A stretch of DNA of 64,000 nt from a virus. This document shows, in pieces, positions 47,855 to 56,129 of this stretch. Within the stretch, counting starts at the first letter, position 1; every line of letters begins with the position of its first letter. The stretch lies in the IMG/VR virus record IMGVR_UViG_3300045988_155525, one strand, 5' to 3'. The position numbers and the translations under genes are program-made. The notes beneath the pieces were generated by a model. The model was not told where the DNA came from. It did no database searches and saw nothing but the letters and a program-made list of their open reading frames with translations.

Positions 47855-48087
47855 AAGGTGACCTCCAGACTATCGATATCGATAATTCTAGTAGGATTAA
47901 CAGGATAGGGTATTTAGCAAAGAAACAGGAATTGTATATAACTTTTTCAAAAGGAACCATATATAAATACTTTGATGTACCAGTTGAAGTATTTATGGAT
48001 TTTGTAGAAACATATAAAAAAGGAGAATCTGTAGGAAAATATTTTGAAAAACATATAAGGTTTGAATATGATTTTCAGAAAATATAA
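47833..48087 (+). CDS. KTSC-domain protein
   Basis: SSRINRIGYLAKKQELYITFSKGTIYKYFDVPVEVFMDFVETYKKGESVGKYFEKHIR fits the KTSC pattern. Confidence 0.55.
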   Translation: MGNEIKIEGDLQTIDIDNSSRINRIGYLAKKQELYITFSKGTIYKYFDVPVEVFMDFVETYKKGESVGKYFEKHIRFEYDFQKI

Positions 48088-48101
48088 ATACAATTAATGG
48101 T

Positions 48102-48485
48102 ATGATAAAAGAAGTATTTAGAATAGCCACAAAAATTTTATATGCCATAGTTGGCACTTGGCTTTTTTTCTTTATACTAACACAAATTAGTGATTGTACT
48201 AACCAAAAAGAAAAACCAGTAGGTTCCTATTGGACCAATATTGATGAAGATAGGCCATTAACAGATATAAAGCATTTTAATATCCAAGAAAAGACGGTAG
48301 AATATAGGGAACCTAACCTTCATAGAAATATTCCAAGTTATATGGGTAGTAATAATGAGGGTGGGGTAATTATAACCTCTGGAAACGTAACTATAAAAAC
48401 TGATTTAAGTGCTGAAGAAATCATAGAACAATTGGATATAGAGTATGAAGATATCATGGATTATATGGGTTCAGAATTAAGGTAA
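48102..48485 (+). CDS. Membrane-anchored hypothetical protein
   Basis: N-terminal TM segment ILYAIVGTWLFFFILTQI. Confidence 0.4.
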   Translation: MIKEVFRIATKILYAIVGTWLFFFILTQISDCTNQKEKPVGSYWTNIDEDRPLTDIKHFNIQEKTVEYREPNLHRNIPSYMGSNNEGGVIITSGNVTIKTDLSAEEIIEQLDIEYEDIMDYMGSELR

Positions 48486-48491
48486 TTAGAT

Positions 48492-48902
48492 ATGAGTAAA
48501 GATATAAACAGTATAGAATTTTCTGACAGAGAGCAATTAATTACTAACCTTATCTTCAGATTAGCCGATGTATTATATATAATACTGGATGATAATTTGA
48601 AAGAGATGCACAAAAAAGGCTTGGATTTAAGACATGAAGCAAAATACAGATTTAAAAAGGTTATAGAAACTTCTGAGGCTTCTAAAAAAGCTTATCTTAC
48701 ATTCACTAAAGATATCCAAGGATTAAACGATTCTCAAATAGAACAATTTATCATAGATTCCAACATACTGAGGCAATTTATATTGCTACTATCTGATAGG
48801 ATAGTAGGTAATAAAAAAAATATACAATTAGCTTGGGACTACCTTTTTTCTTTACCTTCCAATAATATTCTAAACATTAATAAAGACGACATAGAGTTAT
48901 GA
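48492..48902 (+). CDS. Hypothetical protein
   Basis: ORF track. Confidence 0.4.
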   Translation: MSKDINSIEFSDREQLITNLIFRLADVLYIILDDNLKEMHKKGLDLRHEAKYRFKKVIETSEASKKAYLTFTKDIQGLNDSQIEQFIIDSNILRQFILLLSDRIVGNKKNIQLAWDYLFSLPSNNILNINKDDIEL

Positions 48903-49237
48903 AAATCATATATAATAAATGGTTTCCTTTTAATGGTTATTCCACTATCAATTTATTTGGTATTATAATTACTAAAGAGAAAAAACCTATTAACAGAATT
49001 ACCTTAAACCACGAATTAATCCATACCGCTCAAATGAAAGAAATGCTATACATCTTCTTTTATCTATGGTATGGGGTAGAATATATTATTGTTAGATTTT
49101 TTCATAAAAAACAAGTAGATGCTTATAGAGATGTAAGCTTTGAAGAAGAGGCTGCTAAAAACGAAGATAATTTGGATTATCTTACCAATAGAAAACACTA
49201 TTCATGGTTCAAATTTACCAAAATAAACAAATTATGA
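48899..49237 (+). CDS. Small HExxH-motif protein (possible minimal metallopeptidase)
   Basis: TLNHELIHTAQMKE. Confidence 0.35.
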   Translation: MKIIYNKWFPFNGYSTINLFGIIITKEKKPINRITLNHELIHTAQMKEMLYIFFYLWYGVEYIIVRFFHKKQVDAYRDVSFEEEAAKNEDNLDYLTNRKHYSWFKFTKINKL

Positions 49238-49656
49238 AAAAGGTTATATTATTTGTGATGCTATTATTGATGAGTCAAAACATCACACCTAATAACAGGT
49301 ATCAGGATTTTAACAAATACCTAGAGGATTACAAAACCCAGCTACAAAATGAAAATTGGGAAAGGTTCCTTAAAGCCTTAATATTAGTAGAATCAAATGG
49401 TAACCCAAAAGCTATAGGTAAAACAAATGATGTGGGTATATTACAAATAACCCCCATATATGTAAAAGAAGCCAACAGACTATCTGGAAAAAATTTCACT
49501 TTGGATGATAGGTATTCTGTAGAAAAATCTTTAGAAATGTTCTCTATCATCCAAAACCATTACAATCCAGATAAGGATATATATATGGCTATAAAATTAC
49601 ATAACCCAAAAGCTGGGGATTGGTATAAGAATAGGATACTTTCATTTATGAAATAG
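49234..49656 (+). CDS. Secreted lytic transglycosylase (SLT/lysozyme-like domain)
   Basis: Signal-peptide-like MKKVILFVMLLLMSQNI. Catalytic region LKALILVESNGNPKAIGKTNDVGILQITP. ATGA overlap with the previous stop supports a start at 49234. Confidence 0.6.
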   Translation: MKKVILFVMLLLMSQNITPNNRYQDFNKYLEDYKTQLQNENWERFLKALILVESNGNPKAIGKTNDVGILQITPIYVKEANRLSGKNFTLDDRYSVEKSLEMFSIIQNHYNPDKDIYMAIKLHNPKAGDWYKNRILSFMK

Positions 49657-49658
49657 GT

Positions 49659-49841
49659 ATGAGTATTATAGAATTTAAGGATGCTTGTAAAATCCATAGA
49701 GAACTTTGCCCTTATAAATCTACTCCAATGACTACTTGTGGTAAAGGTATAAGAATACAAGATGGAAAATGCCCCAAGGATGAAGAAGAATGTTATTATA
49801 TGAAGGCTTTTAAAGAAGCTTTAAGGAAGGTGGCCAAATAA
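49659..49841 (+). CDS. Small Cys-rich hypothetical protein
   Basis: ORF track, 60 aa. Confidence 0.35.
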   Translation: MSIIEFKDACKIHRELCPYKSTPMTTCGKGIRIQDGKCPKDEEECYYMKAFKEALRKVAK

Positions 49842-49861
49842 AAATAACCTTACCTCAGTGA

Positions 49862-49989
49862 TTACACTAGAAACAAATTATAAAACTTCCTTTTTGTAAG
49901 AAAAATTATTAATATATTTGCAATGTAAACCAAAAAGGAAATTTAATATTAATCACTAAACCTCTTTAAAAATCTTTTTATTATGGAAA
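49862..49989 (+). repeat. Promoter-leader cassette copy A (-7 box at 49913-49920)
   Basis: The first 49 nt are identical to 50411-50459. The rest is a variant leader ending in ATGGAAA. Confidence 0.85.
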
Positions 49990-50432
49990 CGAATGCAACC
50001 AAGTTAAATGTATCCTTACCCAAAGTTAAATACATGGATATGGCAATGAATGCTCTTTTCACGGGACAATCCTTTGCCTTCTGTTTAATAGAAGATTTAC
50101 TGGATTATGGAGAAATGAAATTGGAGGAGTTAAGAGGTAAACTATCTGTTACCCAGATATTTACAGATACTTCAGATAGAGAAGTATTTTTGCAATGGTC
50201 TGACTATAAGTTTAGATTTTCTAGAAGTGGTGGTATAGATGATAATTTGGTACATTCCATGGAAGACGTAATTCTTGCTTCATTATCTGAATATGAAGAG
50301 GGTATAAATGAAGTATTATCGCTCAAGGTGCCACTTAGTATACCTCTTAACCCTAATATTCATTACCACAACAGTAATGAGATATCATTCACCATACTTC
50401 TCCCTAATAGTTACACTAGAAACAAATTATAA
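49983..50432 (+). CDS. Hypothetical protein (flanked by cassette copies A and B)
   Basis: ORF track. The last 7 codons lie inside repeat copy B. Confidence 0.45.
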   Translation: METNATKLNVSLPKVKYMDMAMNALFTGQSFAFCLIEDLLDYGEMKLEELRGKLSVTQIFTDTSDREVFLQWSDYKFRFSRSGGIDDNLVHSMEDVILASLSEYEEGINEVLSLKVPLSIPLNPNIHYHNSNEISFTILLPNSYTRNKL

Positions 50433-50522
50433 AACTTCCTTTTTGTAAGAAAAATTATTTATATATTTGCATAAACAAAAGGGAATTTAATTAATCACTA
50501 AACCTCTTTAAAATTATGGAAA
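50411..50522 (+). repeat. Promoter-leader cassette copy B (-7 box at 50462-50469)
   Basis: 50447-50522 is a 76-nt perfect match to 53495-53570. Confidence 0.9.
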
Positions 50523-50902
50523 ATGCAAATGTAAAGGCAAATGAAACTAAGGTAGTTAAGGTTGCCAAGGTAAAAAAACAGAGTAAACCTATTACCAAGG
50601 GTAATGAATCTAAAAAGGTAATTCCTAATAAAGAAAAAGTAGTTGCCAAGGTAAAAAAACAGGCCGAAGTAAATCTTATCCAGGAAGTAATAACCAAAAG
50701 GGAAGTTAAATACATATATCCTGAAGGATGTGATAACACCTTGGATAGGAAAAAACATAGGCAGTCAGTAAGAAATACCCTCCACCGATTGGAGTTGGAA
50801 ATGCACAGAATAGAAGATAAGTCTTCTAAGGAGTTTAAAGCAAAAGAAAAAGAATATAAGGCCTTTAGAGCCAAGAATCTTAAGGAGGGGGCCGTTGCAT
50901 AA
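50516..50902 (+). CDS. Basic hypothetical protein with internal VAKVKKQ duplication
   Basis: ORF track. The 21-nt repeat gttgccaaggtaaaaaaacag occurs at about 50561 and about 50642. Confidence 0.5.
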   Translation: MENANVKANETKVVKVAKVKKQSKPITKGNESKKVIPNKEKVVAKVKKQAEVNLIQEVITKREVKYIYPEGCDNTLDRKKHRQSVRNTLHRLELEMHRIEDKSSKEFKAKEKEYKAFRAKNLKEGAVA

Positions 50903-50916
50903 TTATAGGTAGAAGA

Positions 50917-50964
50917 GGAAAAAGGGATAATATGGTAAATCTTTATACCACTCCCTTTTTCCTT
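50917..50964 (+). terminator. Hairpin terminator
   Basis: ggaaaaaggga (50917-50927) pairs with tccctttttcc (50952-50962). Confidence 0.6.
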
Positions 50965-50996
50965 AATTAATCATTTATTTAATAACCAAATGGATT

Positions 50997-51254
50997 ATGT
51001 ATGGCTTACCAAAGAGTGTAATTATAAAAACCAAGAAAGAGTTATTAGAGTTACACAAAAGATGTATAGTAAGTTATTTAACCTCAAGAGGTTTAAAGCA
51101 TAGTAAACAAAAACAATTCTTTAAGGTATATGATGTATATGTTTCTTATAAAAACATAGATAATTACTTTCATAGACCTATAAAATTGTTTGTATATGCT
51201 TTAATTACTGATAGGTTAAAAGAGATAACTTATTATGTTACAAAAAAAAAATAA
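50997..51254 (+). CDS. Hypothetical protein
   Basis: ORF track. Confidence 0.4.
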   Translation: MYGLPKSVIIKTKKELLELHKRCIVSYLTSRGLKHSKQKQFFKVYDVYVSYKNIDNYFHRPIKLFVYALITDRLKEITYYVTKKK

Positions 51255-51261
51255 ATAATAT

Positions 51262-51696
51262 ATGTATCCAGAATTAGTTAAAAATCTACCCATTAAAAAA
51301 GATATCCTAAGTATGAACCTATATCAAGTTGATGAAACCTTTGATATAGTAAATACACGTTCATTAGAGGAAGAGGATGTTTTAGTAGAAGATATATTTG
51401 AACCATTATCTAATACTCATGCACCATATTTACCAGATTATGCTGTTTTAGGATATTTTAAACATGAGAATAGGTATATGGAAAGGTCATTTTATATAGA
51501 CCAGGGTGGGGATAGTATATTATATATCACTGGGGTACCAAAAAGAACAGTAAAAAAGGATTTGACATCAAATGTAGATAAGAAATTTAGGTTTTCCGAA
51601 AATATCCTAAAATGGGTATCATATTGGGAAGATAATAAAGTAGGGTATTTATTTCAAGTAATTTCAAAAAAAATTAAAGGTTATGAAAACTTCTGA
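51262..51696 (+). CDS. Hypothetical protein
   Basis: ORF track. Confidence 0.4.
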   Translation: MYPELVKNLPIKKDILSMNLYQVDETFDIVNTRSLEEEDVLVEDIFEPLSNTHAPYLPDYAVLGYFKHENRYMERSFYIDQGGDSILYITGVPKRTVKKDLTSNVDKKFRFSENILKWVSYWEDNKVGYLFQVISKKIKGYENF

Positions 51697-52114
51697 TTAC
51701 ATTAAGAAATTTAATTTGGACCAAGAGGATGGGAATTTCAATAAAGAAGAATTCCTTAAAGATTTAGAAAAAGAATTTCTAGAGAGAATCCAAATTACCA
51801 AAATTGCTAGAGAATCTACTGCCTATAATTTTAGGTACCATGACTTTCAAATTTTGGTAAAGGAATTGCAGGATAAATTCTGGGCTATTTCTAATAAGAA
51901 AAAAGGTAAACCTTTTTCTGATGGCTTTTTCTCAGCAATGTATGCTATAGTTATAGTTAAGGCCAGAGAAAAGTATTTCCCTGAAGAACAGGAAAGAATT
52001 ACTCAGAATAGAATAAAAAAACAGATGATAGAAGCAAAGAAAAAGGAAATTATGGAATGTACTGGCCATTCCCATCCATTTATGGGAAGGTTCCCATATG
52101 AGGAAGAATTTTAA
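51683..52114 (+). CDS. Hypothetical protein
   Basis: ORF track. Confidence 0.4.
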   Translation: MKTSDYIKKFNLDQEDGNFNKEEFLKDLEKEFLERIQITKIARESTAYNFRYHDFQILVKELQDKFWAISNKKKGKPFSDGFFSAMYAIVIVKAREKYFPEEQERITQNRIKKQMIEAKKKEIMECTGHSHPFMGRFPYEEEF

Positions 52115-52145
52115 TCTGCTTAAAAAAAATTCAGGGGTTAAACTA

Positions 52146-52181
52146 AGGTACCTTAAAAAACGAGACTCTTTTAAGGTACCT
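52146..52181. promoter_or_regulatory. Hairpin / paired AGGTACCT palindromes
   Basis: aggtaccttaaaa (52146-52158) pairs with ttttaaggtacct (52169-52181). The loop is aacgagactc. Confidence 0.6.
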
Positions 52182-52197
52182 ATAAATTAATAAAGGT

Positions 52198-52440
52198 ATG
52201 TTAGAATTAATTGATTTTCTAAGGTCATATGATAAAAGTAGTGGTAAACTATCCATTACATATAATACTAAGAAGATTGAAATTAGGTGGGATTTTGAAG
52301 AACCAGACCAAATATCTACAATTAAAGAAGATATTGATTCCCTTATAGAAGGCCTTCAAGAACAAGTAGAAAATGAGGATATAGATAATTATAAAGTTCT
52401 AGAAAATAATGGGTATGTTTATATTGTAGTATACCTTTAG
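52198..52440 (+). CDS. Hypothetical acidic protein
   Basis: ORF track. Confidence 0.4.
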   Translation: MLELIDFLRSYDKSSGKLSITYNTKKIEIRWDFEEPDQISTIKEDIDSLIEGLQEQVENEDIDNYKVLENNGYVYIVVYL

Positions 52441-52483
52441 GGTAATAAACTTATAACTCATTATAATTTAGGACTAAAAAAGA

Positions 52484-52513
52484 AAAAGGGGAGGAGACAT
52501 CTTCCCCTTTTTT
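52484..52513 (+). terminator. Rho-independent terminator
   Basis: aaaagggga pairs with tcccctttt, followed by a T run. Confidence 0.7.
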
Positions 52514-52560
52514 AAAGTTAAATGAATTCATCTAACTATATAACTTCAAAGTATGATTAA

Positions 52561-53412
52561 ATGAATAATTCTATGGATAATAAAATTAGGTTTCCAAGAC
52601 CACTCGGTATAACTCAATTAATGGTAGAATATCATGGTAATAACGATATATCATTATTAGATAAGGTAAAAACATACATAATACAACAGTGGTTAATATC
52701 TAATGGAACTATTTGTGGTAAAAGTTATTCTATATTAGAGTTGAGTTCTTTTATAGGCTGTGACCCAGAACTTATAAGGACCCATATGAAAGAACAGGTT
52801 TTATCCACTAAGATTTGGGATAAGGAAAATCAAGAAGAGTTAGTTAATTCAATGGTGGGTCAAATGGTAGTCTGGGCCTTAGAAGATAGGATGGAAGTTA
52901 ATCAACAAGTAAATGTTCTAAGGAACTCACAAGGTAATAGCTATAGACCATATATAAGTGCAGAATTAAATAAAGCCTTAGACTTAAAACTAAAATCCTC
53001 TTCTAGTTTACAATCCATAGTATCTAAACTAAGTGGTAGTGGCTCAGTAAATATATTTAATCAATACAACCAACAAAATAACCAAATCAATCAGGGGGTA
53101 AATGTAGAAGAAGCCATACAAATAATCCAACAAGAGAACTCTAAACTTATAGATACTACTAAAGAGGTAATGTATATAGAAGCCAATTATCCTACTGAAG
53201 AATTCCCTGAAGTAGTAGCAACTAAACAAACTGGAATAGATACATCTAAAGAGGGTCTTACTATAAGTAAAGGTGAATTAAACAGTATAGTAGATAACTA
53301 TACTTTCACTAAAAATGAATTTGAAAAAGAGCATCACAATATAAGAAGAGAAATAGAATTGGGGATAGATATGGAGGAAGAAGACCCAGAATTATCCATC
53401 TATCCTTCTTAA
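52561..53412 (+). CDS. Hypothetical protein
   Basis: ORF track, 283 aa. Gln/Asn-rich linker. Confidence 0.45.
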   Translation: MNNSMDNKIRFPRPLGITQLMVEYHGNNDISLLDKVKTYIIQQWLISNGTICGKSYSILELSSFIGCDPELIRTHMKEQVLSTKIWDKENQEELVNSMVGQMVVWALEDRMEVNQQVNVLRNSQGNSYRPYISAELNKALDLKLKSSSSLQSIVSKLSGSGSVNIFNQYNQQNNQINQGVNVEEAIQIIQQENSKLIDTTKEVMYIEANYPTEEFPEVVATKQTGIDTSKEGLTISKGELNSIVDNYTFTKNEFEKEHHNIRREIELGIDMEEEDPELSIYPS

Positions 53413-53437
53413 ATCTTTCCCCTAATTCAATAATAAC

Positions 53438-53475
53438 AGAGGTCTAACATAGTTACAGACCTCTTATTTTTTTTT
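53438..53475 (+). terminator. Rho-independent terminator
   Basis: agaggtct (53438-53445) pairs with agacctct (53457-53464), followed by tattttttttt. Confidence 0.75.
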
Positions 53476-53494
53476 GTGTTATCTCATAAAAAGA

Positions 53495-53570
53495 AAGAAA
53501 AATTATTTATATATTTGCATAAACAAAAGGGAATTTAATTAATCACTAAACCTCTTTAAAATTATGGAAA
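53495..53570 (+). repeat. Promoter-leader cassette copy C (-7 box at 53510-53517)
   Basis: 76-nt perfect match to 50447-50522, including ATGGAAA. Confidence 0.9.
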
Positions 53571-54286
53571 CTGTATTCACTCAAACACATTCTCTCATCC
53601 AATATGATGGTAATACCTACATTGCAGAAAGAGGATTATATAATCTGATAAGTAAACTCTCTTCAGATTTTTATATACCAAATTACAAATTATTTAGCAA
53701 AGTTCATAGTATATACATAAAAGAACCTTGGTTGTATGACAATAAAACAGGGTATTATATATTGTATGCTAAAACAATATATGAAGCATTAGAAATGGCA
53801 CCCAACACCAATAGTAGGGTGGAAATCAACGAGGGTTCCATTTTGGAAATCCCAGGACGTGTATACAATATATGGGATGTATATCATGAATATATATCTC
53901 CATTATGTGAACCACTTGATACTCTAGAATTTGAAGATTATACATCATACCACCAGTATGTTGAATCTCAAGTATGGGATTATGTTGTATCTAAAGTATT
54001 ACCTCTGTTTCCAAATAGAGAGGATATACTGAAAGATACCAATAAGATACTCACTACCTATATGAGATTTCTATGGGCAGGGAAATTCTTTTCATCAAAC
54101 ATGTTCATAGAAAGAGGTAGGGATAATTTGGATATACAGAGATTCTATTATGAGACATTTGAAAATGAATACTATGGATTAGTAGATGAATTTCTAGTTA
54201 GCATATTGCTCGGAAAAGACCTCATACCCCAGGTAGAAATCTCAAAATTAAAAGAGATAGTAGAAGATATAGAATTTGATATGTAA
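53564..54286 (+). CDS. Hypothetical protein
   Basis: ORF track. Confidence 0.45.
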   Translation: METVFTQTHSLIQYDGNTYIAERGLYNLISKLSSDFYIPNYKLFSKVHSIYIKEPWLYDNKTGYYILYAKTIYEALEMAPNTNSRVEINEGSILEIPGRVYNIWDVYHEYISPLCEPLDTLEFEDYTSYHQYVESQVWDYVVSKVLPLFPNREDILKDTNKILTTYMRFLWAGKFFSSNMFIERGRDNLDIQRFYYETFENEYYGLVDEFLVSILLGKDLIPQVEISKLKEIVEDIEFDM

Positions 54287-54289
54287 AAG

Positions 54290-54628
54290 ATGAGAATATA
54301 TAACAAAGGGGAAATACCCCCTACTACCTACAAAAGTTTAAAGAACCTTATAACTGACTTTAAACCATGGTTCAATCAAATATCTAACAGAATATGTGTA
54401 CCTATTACTCAAATAAGAGTAATAGGTACTTCACAATTCGAATTAGTATTTGCTATGTTAGATTTTAATGCTTACCAAAAAAGATTAGAATCTGATATCC
54501 CTCTAAATAAGATATCTAGTTTCATTGAACAAGAATTGGATGAACTATCAGAACATACCATTAAAATGGTTAAATTCTATTCCCCAAATATAAACCAATT
54601 TATTGTAACATGTAACATAACCATATAG
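54290..54628 (+). CDS. Hypothetical protein
   Basis: ORF track. Confidence 0.4.
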   Translation: MRIYNKGEIPPTTYKSLKNLITDFKPWFNQISNRICVPITQIRVIGTSQFELVFAMLDFNAYQKRLESDIPLNKISSFIEQELDELSEHTIKMVKFYSPNINQFIVTCNITI

Positions 54629-54680
54629 AGCACCATAAAAACCAATATTAATCATTAGAGTAAATATAATCATTAATAAT

Positions 54681-54688
54681 TATATTTG
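54681..54688 (+). promoter_or_regulatory. -7 promoter box TATATTTG (cassette copy G)
   Basis: aattatatttgcataaacaaaaaggaaag. Confidence 0.55.
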
Positions 54689-54770
54689 CATAAACAAAAA
54701 GGAAAGAAAAAATGAGATTAAATAAGAGGGTGTATCTAACAACAAACAAACATTAAAAAAATTCAGTACT

Positions 54771-55106
54771 ATGGAACAAAATCAAGAAAACAAAAGGGAA
54801 TTTCAAAAGTGGGTACTTAAATGTATCCTAATAATAGTGGGAACAATTACCCTTGGTATATTAATCACTATGCCAGATAAGAAACCCATTAGAACTCCAC
54901 CAGCAAGTTTTGATGAAAGACCTCCTAAGTGGGACCCAGTAAAGGATGGACCATTCATATTCAATGGTATGATTATTACTGATACCACTTTGATAGAGGA
55001 AATCAGGTCTATCCAAAGAACCTTTGAAAACCTCGACAAATATCAAAGAGTAGGTACTCTAGAGTTTGATGAAGAGGGTAACTCTACCTTCACACCAAGT
55101 AAGTAA
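54771..55106 (+). CDS. Membrane-anchored hypothetical protein
   Basis: TM segment WVLKCILIIVGTITLGILITM. Flanked by a 13-nt inverted repeat. Confidence 0.45.
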   Translation: MEQNQENKREFQKWVLKCILIIVGTITLGILITMPDKKPIRTPPASFDERPPKWDPVKDGPFIFNGMIITDTTLIEEIRSIQRTFENLDKYQRVGTLEFDEEGNSTFTPSK

Positions 55107-55147
55107 CCAATAAAAGGATACACCCTCTTCTTATCCTTAAAATTTAA

Positions 55148-55441
55148 ACCATAACTAAGTTAGAATCAGAACAGAAGATAAAGGAACTCTATAGGGAAAT
55201 AAAGAACCTTAAAAATCAAAAAGAATCCATAAACCAAATTATCCAGAATGAAATCCAAAATACCTTCTACACCCAATGGTTAAAACTAAACCGACAACTC
55301 CTAGAAAAGTATTTATCACAAAACCTAAGGATAGAAATAAATACTGGATATCAGGGATACTTTGAAATCAACCCATACCTGGGTGAAAATATCCTAACTT
55401 GGGCTGATGGTTATATTGACCAAGAACCCAATCTCTTATAA
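55148..55441 (+). pseudogene. 97-codon open frame with no ATG/GTG/TTG start (non-canonical start or decayed gene)
   Basis: Hand translation gives TITKLESEQKIKELYREIKNLKNQKESINQIIQNEIQNTFYTQWLKLNRQLLEKYLSQNLRIEINTGYQGYFEINPYLGENILTWADGYIDQEPNLL*. In-frame TAA at 55145-55147. The only start-like codon is ATA at 55151. Confidence 0.35.
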
Positions 55442-55487
55442 TCTTAAAGAACCACCAAACATAAAAAAACCAAATAAAAAATAATAA

Positions 55488-55515
55488 AGGTACCTAATAT
55501 ACTAAATAGGTACCT
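55488..55515. promoter_or_regulatory. Pair of AGGTACCT palindromes, 20 bp centre to centre
   Basis: aggtacct at 55488-55495 and 55508-55515. Confidence 0.6.
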
Positions 55516-55730
55516 TAAATTTGTGATAATAAATATAAAGTATATAAATATAGGATTAATATAAAGAGGGGATAAAGGATAGGATATTATATAATAAGGA
55601 TAAAAGGTAAAAAATCAGTTTTTTATATTTCATTCATTTTTAAGACCTTGATACCTAAAAATTAGGGGTTGCAATTTTGATAAATTCTTGTTTTTTACAA
55701 GGTTTTTATATTGTTTTTATATTGAAGTTA

Positions 55731-55880
55731 GATGTCAGAGCCTCCGGAAAAACACCGGGGAGGTTTCGGATTAATAGGGGGGTAACTATGTTCGTACACT
55801 ATAGCCACATAGCTAGAAAGCTCATCTGTTGACTTTTTAAGGCCCTCCATCCGACAGCCTTTTTGGCCATCCTGGCTCAA
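55731..55880. other. GC-rich island (about 49% G+C by hand count) in ORF-free AT-rich DNA; candidate structured RNA or protein-recognition site
   Basis: Nested helices are possible: gtca/gagc (55734-55741) with gctc/tgac (55820-55833), and cuccgg (55742-55747) with ccgggg (55755-55760). No ORF of 60 aa or more on either strand. Confidence 0.4.
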
Positions 55881-56129
55881 TAAAATCTTCTAGGATTATA
55901 CTTATCAAATTTTAAAAAGTATCAACAAACCATATATAACATATATCTAACTTATACTTTTCTCATTTCCTAGAGATTACTAAGTTATCGCCCCTCTTAA
56001 TTATACTAAAACTTAAAAATAATCTCTAGAAGGCATATTTAAATAACCCAATTTTTAGGCCTATTTTAATCAAAAAACCTAAAAATAAACCTAAAGAAAA
56101 AAGATAGGAAAAAATCCTCGGTACCTAAA

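Noticed and set aside
14828-49233. Upstream non-ATG (TTG-type) starts used by the track for ORFs 14828, 40615 and 47372, and the early ATG starts at 44107 and 49204
   Set aside because: In each case a downstream ATG sits at or just after the previous gene's stop, or the track start falls inside a promoter -7 box (47372). The shorter versions were annotated instead.
49329-50874. Minus-strand ORFs 49329-49550, 49560-49760, 50491-50874 and 50498-50758
   Set aside because: They are antisense to the SLT gene and to the cassette-driven ORF 50516-50902, and would run against the flanking promoter and terminator.
53044-55046. Minus-strand ORFs 53044-53229, 54803-55039 and 54861-55046
   Set aside because: They are embedded antisense in + strand ORFs 52561-53412 and 54771-55106.
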